Source of the DNA: Candidatus Saccharimonadota bacterium
Lineage (GTDB): Bacteria > Pseudomonadota > Alphaproteobacteria > CAJXXZ01 > 1604HC
Reading direction: 5' to 3'
Assembly: GCF_008189525.1 (NCBI RefSeq)
Contig: NZ_CP043314.1
Coordinates: 480,001 to 512,000 of the forward strand
Length of the DNA: 32,000 bases
Shown: one piece after another, positions 12,499-21,500 of the stretch
Numbering within the stretch: position 1 is the first letter of the stretch
Layout of the letters: every line of letters begins with the position of its first letter
Notes under the pieces: model-generated
Databases searched by the model: none
Seen by the model: only the letters and a program-made list of their open reading frames with translations
Told to the model about the DNA's origin: nothing
Made by a program: the position numbers and the translations under genes

Positions 12499-13173
12499 TT
12501 ATATTATATTGTGCTCTCTCATAGAAAAACATCCATTCCTGCTAACTATTATATGATCATGTAGAAATATATTCATCATTTTTGCTATATCTCTAACTTG
12601 ATAAGTAGAAGATATATCTGCTTTAGATGGATTACAGTTCCCACTTGGATGATTGTGAACCATTATAATTGCTGAAGCTCCAAGCTCCAAGCATCTCTTT
12701 ACTATCTCTCTAGGGTATATAGGAGCATGATCCAAAGTGCCTCTTTGCTGCACTTCATCTGATATAAGCATATTTTTCTTGTTCAAAAATAGTATTCTAA
12801 ACTCCTCTGCGGATAAATAAGCCATTCTAGCTTTACAGTACTCAACCACTTTTTCACCAGTATTTAGAATTGGATTTTTAGTTATTTCTTCTTTTAATAT
12901 TCTGCAAATTGATTCATGTATTGATTTAAACAGAGCTATAGAAATAGGTCCCATTCCCTTTATTTGAGATAGTCTTTCTTTTTCTGAGCAAACAACAGCA
13001 GAAAAACTCTTAAACGCATTTATAAGAGATTTAGCTACAGGTTTAATATCTTTTCTAGGCTGAGAAATCTGCAACAGTATTTCTACTAATTCATAATCAG
13101 AAAATTTAGAAGTATCTGAATTTAGAAACCTTTCTCTTAACCTTTGCCTGTGACCAGAATTATCATTAACCAT
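12499..13173 (-). CDS. radC: RadC/YicR-family JAB-domain protein
   Basis: N-terminal GHRQRLRERF and the C-terminal JAMM-like block IIMVHNHPSGNCNPSKADI are present. At 224 aa the length is typical. Confidence 0.9.
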   Translation of the reverse strand: MVNDNSGHRQRLRERFLNSDTSKFSDYELVEILLQISQPRKDIKPVAKSLINAFKSFSAVVCSEKERLSQIKGMGPISIALFKSIHESICRILKEEITKNPILNTGEKVVEYCKARMAYLSAEEFRILFLNKKNMLISDEVQQRGTLDHAPIYPREIVKRCLELGASAIIMVHNHPSGNCNPSKADISSTYQVRDIAKMMNIFLHDHIIVSRNGCFSMREHNII

Positions 13174-13957
13174 CAGTTAAAATATGCACTTTTCCATCAT
13201 AACCAACGTAAATTGTATGCTCGAATTGGGCTGCATCACTTCCATCCTTAGTAACTGTAGTCCACCCATCCTTTAGTTCTTTAAAATCCTCTTCTCCATT
13301 TACTATTATAGGCTCTACTGTAAAAAACATTCCTGGGACTATCTTCCCTAATTTATGCTTTGGATCAAAATGATAAATAAAAGGCTTCTCATGCATTGAC
13401 ATTCCTATACCATGCCCACAAAATTCTTTAACAATTTTAAATGATCCCTGACTTAAAACATATTTTTCTATTGCTATTCCTATTTCTTTTAAATCTTTAC
13501 CTATTTCTACAGACTGTATTCCTATTTCCATAGCTTTTTTAGAGACTTCTACTAATTTTTTCCTTTTATCACTAACACTGCCTATCATGAAAGTTCTACT
13601 AGAATCAGAATGCCACCCATCTATCTCTGCCACCACATCAACATTTACTATATCTCCATCTTTTATGATTCTATCAGAAGGAACTCCATGACAGACAACT
13701 TCATTTACAGATATGCATGATGCTGCTGGGTATCCTTGATAACCTTTACATGTTGGTCTTGCTCCACAGGATTTTATATAATCTTCACAAATTTTATCTA
13801 CTTCTTTTGTTGTCAACCCAGCTTTTATTTTAGATTCTACTTCTTTTAAAGTATTTAATACAATTGCAGAAGATTTTTTCATTTTATCCAAACAGTCAGG
13901 ATTATATACTTTAATACCTTTACTATTCAATTCAAACAATTTATTCATATTATCCAT
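13166..13957 (-). CDS. map: Methionine aminopeptidase, type I
   Basis: VVCHGVP, DGDIVNVDV, GWHSDSSRTF, GHGIGMSMHE, FTVEP and QFEHT are present, which are the metal-ligand blocks of MetAP1. It overlaps radC by 8 nt. Confidence 0.93.
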   Translation of the reverse strand: MDNMNKLFELNSKGIKVYNPDCLDKMKKSSAIVLNTLKEVESKIKAGLTTKEVDKICEDYIKSCGARPTCKGYQGYPAASCISVNEVVCHGVPSDRIIKDGDIVNVDVVAEIDGWHSDSSRTFMIGSVSDKRKKLVEVSKKAMEIGIQSVEIGKDLKEIGIAIEKYVLSQGSFKIVKEFCGHGIGMSMHEKPFIYHFDPKHKLGKIVPGMFFTVEPIIVNGEEDFKELKDGWTTVTKDGSDAAQFEHTIYVGYDGKVHILTDG

Positions 13958-14480
13958 GATGATTTATTTTAGACCAATAATCAAATATTACACTTAATCC
14001 TTGTTTAAGCAGCTTTATATCCTTGTTCCCTATTGATAAAAGCTCTTTTCTCATTTTATTTTCTACTATAACTTTAAAAACAGTCATTTCTACTGCATTA
14101 GATTCACAAATCAAAATTTGCTTTATCTTTTTCCATTTCTTTAGTATTTTAACTTCGAAAGACTGCACATTATCTGATGTTTTGATGTTAGAAGAAGATT
14201 TTTCAGAAAGTTTGCAAGAAGAAAAATTAGCAACACAAGGTCCTCCAGTCAGATATATAGACTTTCTTGCTAACTTTTCATAAAATAACCCTGCTTCATA
14301 TTCTTCCTTATTAATCTTACCTACCCTGTAAATAAACTCTAAGGTTGATAGGTTTTCACACCTAGAAGCTTCATTTGGTTTAAAGACCTGATTGCTTAAT
14401 GGGGTAATATTTTTCTTAGGTCTTCCTTTTTGAACCTTTTTACAAACATAAGAATTAGCAGATAGATTATAAGAATACAT
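13950..14480 (-). CDS. Hypothetical protein (176 aa), 8-nt overlap with map
   Basis: An intact ORF in an operon-like chain, with AAAGG upstream of the ATG. It has an N-terminal basic KKVQKGRPKK segment. I recognise no family confidently. There is a loose resemblance, from memory only, to alphaproteobacterial DUF6456-type proteins (LEFIYRVGKINKEEYEAGLFYEKL). Confidence 0.5.
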   Translation of the reverse strand: MYSYNLSANSYVCKKVQKGRPKKNITPLSNQVFKPNEASRCENLSTLEFIYRVGKINKEEYEAGLFYEKLARKSIYLTGGPCVANFSSCKLSEKSSSNIKTSDNVQSFEVKILKKWKKIKQILICESNAVEMTVFKVIVENKMRKELLSIGNKDIKLLKQGLSVIFDYWSKINHHG

Positions 14481-14534
14481 AAAGCCTTTCTAACAAAACT
14501 AAATTCATAAACAAAAGGATATTACTAACAAAAA

Positions 14535-15485
14535 TTAATTAGAGTTATATTTCTTTACCTTTTTAAACTCATCATGCTCTGAAACAATCTGATTCATTTT
14601 TTTAGAAAACAAAAGGGTTTGCAGAAGAATCATAGATTCGTCATAGCTGATCTGTTTTTTCTGTTTAGATTTTAGATAGAAAACTCCCCATAATCCATTG
14701 TGCTTATTATTTTTACCAGAAATAGCAAATGGAGTTTGAGTTATAGATCCAGAATTAAGATTAGATATAGATTTGGATGCTAAAGTACCTAAATCATAAT
14801 CTAGCTGAGTTACAAGTTTTTCAACATAAGAAACATTTTTATTATCAGACTCTATTGAATATTTCTTTAAATTGTCTTCAAATATTTTTTCAAAAGGCTC
14901 TTTTTTAGATTTTGCATCATGGTTTATTGCTTTTATAACTGAATTTGCATCATCTTTAGTTCTAGAAATCAGTAGCATTCCTATAATTCTCTCATTAACT
15001 AATTCATTTTTTATAGAATTATATAATTTTTTCAATTCTAAATCATCTTTTCTTACTTCTTTTAAAACACTCTCTTGGAAAAGCTTCATTTTTACTTGAT
15101 TATTTGCTCTTATGAACTCTTTTTTATATTTATCATCTTTATCATACCCTTTGTTTTCAGCAATAAACTTCATTATTTTCTGTTTTATTATCAAATTAAG
15201 TACTTTTTCTATCACTTCAGAAACCTTCTTTACATCAGAATCTTGAGATGCTTTTAGAAATTGCTCAGAAAGAGATTTATTTGCATTAATGAATTTTATA
15301 ACTTCTGAATATGTTATTTCTTTTCCAACAACAACAGCAAGAACTTTTGATTTATTTAACTTGCTTTTATATTGAGAGCCTTTATCTAACAAACTTTCTT
15401 TACTTTTACTGTCAGAAAAACAAGTTTTTCCAAAAAGCACGCTAAGAACAAAAACAAAAAAAACAGAATTCATTTTTCTTATCAT
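14535..15485 (-). CDS. Secreted SurA/Plp-like chaperone with a degenerate parvulin-like region
   Basis: It has a signal peptide (MIRKMNSVFFVFVLSVLFGKTCFS) and a SurA-N-like start (VLAVVVGKEITYSEV). The overall layout resembles the Rickettsia parvulin-like protein Plp. The parvulin His/Gly signatures are not conserved: IIGMLLI replaces the His-containing first strand, and GLWGVFYL replaces fGyHiI. A strong AGGAGG RBS is present. Confidence 0.5.
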   Translation of the reverse strand: MIRKMNSVFFVFVLSVLFGKTCFSDSKSKESLLDKGSQYKSKLNKSKVLAVVVGKEITYSEVIKFINANKSLSEQFLKASQDSDVKKVSEVIEKVLNLIIKQKIMKFIAENKGYDKDDKYKKEFIRANNQVKMKLFQESVLKEVRKDDLELKKLYNSIKNELVNERIIGMLLISRTKDDANSVIKAINHDAKSKKEPFEKIFEDNLKKYSIESDNKNVSYVEKLVTQLDYDLGTLASKSISNLNSGSITQTPFAISGKNNKHNGLWGVFYLKSKQKKQISYDESMILLQTLLFSKKMNQIVSEHDEFKKVKKYNSN

Positions 15486-15589
15486 TATAAACCTCCTATA
15501 AAGAAAATTATCAGTATTTATCTAACAATTCTAAACAAAAACTAAATAAGATTCAATGCAAAGGATAAATAAAATGGACTTTTCAGAAT

Positions 15590-18500
15590 CTAAGCTATCA
15601 TATCACTTAGAATGCTATTTTCCATGTCATTTTTCCATGAATCTTCTAAGTTCCTAGAAACAGATCCAGTACCTGCAGGAAGCAACTTACCTGTTATCAT
15701 ACTTTCTTTCATACCTCTCAAGAAATCTATTGAGTTATGAAGAGCTGCATCAGTCAAAACTCTAGCAGTATCCTGGAATGAAGCTGCTGCAAAGAATGAG
15801 CTAGATTCAGAGATAGATATTTTAGTAATACCTTGCAAGACTCTTCTGAATTTGACTAGCTCTTTTCCTTGATCTATAAGAATGTTATTTACAGAATTCA
15901 AAATTCTTATAGAAACATACTCACCTTTCAAGAATGTACTATCCCCAGCATCTTCTACTTCAGCATGGCTTATCATTCTTCTTAGAATAACTTCTATATG
16001 CTTGTCATTGATTTCTATACCTTGAGCTCTATAAACCTGTTGGACGTCTTCTATATAGTTAGTAACCATACTTTTCAGCCCTAAGATTTTTAAAGTGTCC
16101 TGATGGTGAACTTGTCCGTCTACCAAGATTTCTCCCTTTGAAACAAAATCACCTTCATGAACTATAGTATTTCTATCTTTAGGAACTATGTATTCACTCT
16201 CCAGACCTTCCTTAGATTTTACTATAATTCTCTTTTTAGACCTATAATCCTTACCAAACCTTACTTGTCCATCTAATTCGCTCAATATAGCAGTTACTTT
16301 AGGTTGCCTTGCTTCGAAAAGTTCTGCAATTCTAGGCAAACCACCTACAATGTCTTGAGCTTTCAATACTTCTTGACTTCTGCTTGATATTACATCACCA
16401 GGTTCGACAAAATCTCCATCCTTAACTTGGATAAAGTCATTGACAGCCAATTTATGCTCAAAAACGTTTCCATCAGACTTTAGAACAGGGCTTCCTTTTT
16501 CATCTACAAAAATTATAGAAGGAGACATTGCACTTCTTTTGCTCATCTTAGAAAGATCAGATACTAAGTAGGTCTCAGCTCCTGTTGATTCATCGAAAAT
16601 TGTTTTAAGAGAAACTCCTTCTACCAAATCATTGTATTTAACATAAGCCCTTATTGAAGAAAGGAATGGAGTAGCATATGGGTTCCATTCTGCGACTCTG
16701 GTTCCTTTCTTGATTTTATCGTTTTCATTCACAAAAACCTTTGCTCCATAAGATATTTTATGAGATGTTACACCTTTTTTACCTTTAAGCTTCACATAAC
16801 CATTTCTGTTAGAAACAATCTTGTAATCTTTCTTGTCATAGAACTTAACATTTTCAAAGAAAACTTCAGAATCTTCTTCAGAATCTATTAAAGTCTCTTC
16901 AGAAAGGCTTTGAACAGCACCACCTTGGTGGAATGTTCTCATAGTAAGCTGAGTTCCTGGCTCTCCAATAGATTGAGCAGCAACAACACCAGAAGCTTCA
17001 CCAGCCTGAACTAATGTAAGTTCTGCTAGGTCATAACCATAACATTTTGGACATATTGTACTATTTAGGTTTGCACACAACACAGGTGATCTAATCTCAA
17101 TTGATTCTACCATTCTATCTTTTATGCTTTCCATGATTTTATCGTCCACAATATCATTTCTATTAGCAAGAATAGATCCATCTTCCAAAATTATATCTCT
17201 TGCAAGAGTTCTTCCAAATATTTTTTCTCTTATATATGTAGAAACTTTTTCACCCTTTACAAAGCATTCGACTTTAATGCCTTCTTCGGTACCACAATCT
17301 GTTCCCTTTATAATACAATCCTGAGAAACATCTACTAGTCTCCTTGTCAGGTAACCTGCATCAGCTGTTTTAAGAGCAATATCAGAAAGACCTTTTCTAG
17401 ATCCTTGAGCAGCTCTTACATATTCAGCAGATGTTGCTCCTTCTTTCAAGCTATTTGTAATAGGTATTTCCTGAATACTTCCATCAGAACGAGAAAGTAA
17501 CCCTCTACCTCCAGTAAGCTGCCTGATCTGTGTGCTGGATCCTCTAGCACCAGAATCCATCATCATGTAAACGGAGTTTAGTACACCATGTAAATCAGGT
17601 TTGGACATATGCTTATTCACAAGTTTAGCAATTTTATCTGAGAATAATGACCAAGCACTAATTACTTTGTTGTATCTTTCTCCTTCAGTTATAATACCTT
17701 CCATATACTGTGTCTTGTAATCTTCTACCAACTTCTTAGTGTCAGAAACAAGTTTGTTTTTTTCAGGTGGAATAATTAAGTCATCTTTACCAAATGATGA
17801 CCCTGATAAGGTAGCATGCAAGAAACCTAATCTCATCAAGTTATCCAAAAACTTCACATTAGTCTTATTATCGAAGATCAAATAAATTTGTTGCACTAAA
17901 TCAGATATATCAGAAGATTTGAAAACTTTATTAATCATAGAGAATTTAATTTTTTCATTCTTAGGCATTATTTCATAAAACTTCATTCTTCCTAAAGTAG
18001 TTACAGCCTTTTCTTTTTCTCCATTATTATCAACAACAGTAGTAAAAGGAGAGTTATAAGTTATTATACCTCTTTCCAGAGCATGCTCTGCTTCAGATAT
18101 ATTAGATATTAATAATGACTTATCTTCTTTTTCGTTCATCAAAGTCAAACAGTATATACCCAAAACCATGTCTTTAGATGGCTTGACTATAATTTTACCA
18201 CTAGAAGGGTTAAGCAGACATTTTGTAGACATCATAAGAACCTTAGCTTCTAATTGAGCTTCTATTGACAAAGGAATATGTATAGCCATTTGATCACCAT
18301 CAAAATCAGCGTTAAATGCTGAACATACTAATGGATGTAACTTGATTGCTTTACCTTCTACCAAAATAGGGTTAAAAGCCTGAATTCCTAATCTATGCAA
18401 GGTTGGCGCTCTATTCAGAAGAACAGGATGTCCTTTAATAACTTCTTCTAAGACATCCCATACCTCAGGTCTTTTATGATCTACCATTGGAGTTGCATCT

Positions 18501-21500
18501 CTTACAGTAGAAGCGAAACCTATGTATACCAATCTAGCAAGAACAAAAGGCTTGAAAAGCTCAAGTGCCATCTCTTTAGGAAGACCGCATTGATCTAATT
18601 TCAAATCAGGTCCGACAACAATAACAGATCTTCCAGAATAGTCTACTCTCTTACCAAGAAGGTTTTGTCTAAATATACCATCTTTACCTTTTAGTACATC
18701 AGTCAAAGATTTAAGAACTCTATTACCATTTGCTCCAAGGATAGGCCTGCTTTTTCTACTATTATCTAACAAAGCATCAAAAGATTCCTGTAACATTCGC
18801 ATTTCATTTTTAATCATAATTTTAGGAGACATTAGGGCAATCAATCTTTGCAATCTTTTGTTTCTATTTATGATTCTTCTGTATAGATCGTTAATATCTG
18901 AAGAAGCGAATCTACCACCATCTAATAAGACAAGAGGTCTCAAATCTGGAGGCAACACAGGCAATACTCTAGTAATCATATACTCTGGTCTAGTGTTAGA
19001 CTTTTGGAAACCTGAGAAGATTTTCAATTTTCTAATCAGTTTCTTTCTTTCATCTTCTTTTACACAATTATTCAACTTCTCTGTTATCAAAGATATTTCA
19101 TTTTCTATATCTATATTCTTTAATAGAAGCTCAAGTGCTTGAGGTCCTGTTTCTGCAAAGAAGTTTTCATCTCCAGTTTCTTCAGAAGCTCTATGGTATT
19201 CTGATTCAGAGAGTATTTGCTTGTAAGAATAAATCGAACTTGCTGGCTCTATTATAATATAACTATCAAATCTCAGTATACTTTCCATATCTTTAACTGA
19301 TATATCAAGAACTATAGACATTCTGCTAGGAAGTGCTTTTGTAAACCATATATGAGCAACAGGAGCCGCTAATTTTACGTGACCCATTCTCTTTCTTCTC
19401 ACAGAAGAAGAAGTAACTAATACTCCACAAGAAGGACATGTCAATCCTTGGAATTTTGTTCCTTTGTATTTTCCACATTTACATTCGTAATCAGTAACAG
19501 GACCAAAAACTCTTTCAGAGAAAAGTCCATCTTTATGAGGTTTCAAAGTTCTATAGTGAATTGTTTCAGGTTCTAGAATTTCACCACTAGACCAACCTAG
19601 AATATCTCTTTCTGAAGCTAAAGATATTCTAAGAGCATCTACACCTTCTATATCTTGTATTCTTTGTGAAAGCAAAGATTCTCCTTGCTTTTCTAAACAC
19701 TCTACGTTTAAACAAAGTGATCTCAATTGGTAAAGAAGCACTCTAAATGACTCTGGAATTCCTGGAGAATCAAATACTTCTTTTCCATGACTTATGTCTT
19801 GGAACACTCTTATTCTGGTTGTTAAATCATCAGATTTGGATGTCAAACATTCTCTAGCTATATATGCAGCACCATAACCTTGCAGTGCCCATACCTCCAT
19901 TTCACCAAATCTCTGACCACCGAAATTAGATTTTCCACCTAAAGGTTGTTGAGTAATAAGGCTGTAAGGCCCTACTGATCTAGCATGTATCTTTGAGTCT
20001 ACAAAGTGATGCAATTGCATTATATGCATTACTCCTACAGTAATTTTTCTCTGGAAAGGAAGACCTGTATATCCATCATACAAAACTTCTTTACCTGAAG
20101 GATCACAATCTGCCAATTTCAACATATTAGAAATATCTACATCTTTTGCTCCATCAAATGCAGGAGAAGAAAATGGAACACCTTTTCTTAGATTTCTAGC
20201 GAAATCCATAAACTCTTCATCATTTTTTGATTTAACAATTTTAGATTCTTGCTCTTTGTTGTAAACTTTATCAACAAAATTTCTCAAGTCAGATATAGAT
20301 AGTTTTCCTTCATTATATCCACTTAACATTTTGTTTATCTTTTTACCCAAATTCAAAGCTGCCCAACCTAAGTGAGTCTCAAAAATCTGACCTAAGTTCA
20401 TTCTAGATGAAATACCAAGAGAACTAAACAGAAGCTCAACAGGCTCACCATCTTTTGTGAAAGGCATATCTTCTAAGTTCATAACTCTAGAAACAACACC
20501 TTTGTTACCGTGTCTTCCACAAATCTTATCACCAGGTTGAAGTTTTCTTTTCACAGCAATAAATACTTGAACAGAAACTCTTACTCCAGCAGGAAGGTCA
20601 TCACCTTCTTTTATTTTCTTTATCTCTTTATCTGCTTTTTTATCTATAAATTTAATTTTATTTTCATATTCTTGCAAAATATTTTCTATTTCAGGAACAT
20701 TAGTAGAAGCCAAATCAAGTAAAGAAACTTCTTTGTTCAAAATGTGTTTAAGAATATCACCTAATACTAAGTTCTTAGAATCTATTTCTATTTCTTTCTT
20801 CTTACACTTTGCTTTCAAAGCTTTGGAAGCAGAAATTTTTACATTACTATAATCAGACAACTTACTAACATAAGAGCTACCAATTATATTAATTTGCTCA
20901 CTCTTCTCTTCTAGTATTTTCTGTATACTTTCTTCTTCTATGAAAGTTGCTCTTTCATTTTTATCTACACCTTTTCTGGTGAATATTCTTACATCAACAA
21001 CTGTTCCAGAGACTCCAGGCGGTACTTTTAGGGAGCTATCTATAACATCAGAAGCTTTATCTCCAAAAAGAGCTTTCAGCAATCTTTCTGTTGCGTTGAA
21101 GTTACCCTCTGCTTTTGGAGTTATCCTACCTACAAGAACATCTCCATGTGAAACCTTAGCTCCAATATTTACGATACCACTTTCATCTAAATGTCTTAAA
21201 AATTCATCACTAATTTTAGGCACATCTCTTGTAACTTGCTCTAATCCTTGCTTAATCTCTTTTGCAGATATTTCATATTTCTCTATATGGAATGAAGAAA
21301 AGTCATTAGCAAGCTTTGAGGATATAAGAACAGCATCTTCATAGTTACCACCTCTCCAAGAAAGAAAAGCAACTTTTACGTTCTTACCCAAAGAAAGCTC
21401 ACCATTTCTCATAGAAGGACCATCAGCCATAATTTGACCTTTTTCTACACTATCACCAACATCAACTAAACAAGTTTGGTTAATACAAGTAGAATCATTT

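Noticed and set aside
5718-15257. Other nested or antisense ORFs: 5718-5969, 6735-6929, 8778-9017, 9721-10127, 10096-10308, 11156-11344, 14023-14283, 14872-15257
   Set aside because: The same reasoning applies. Each is embedded in or opposite a well-supported gene, and 10096-10308 spans a divergent promoter region. Their products are hydrophobic or low-complexity, as expected from AT-rich antisense translation.
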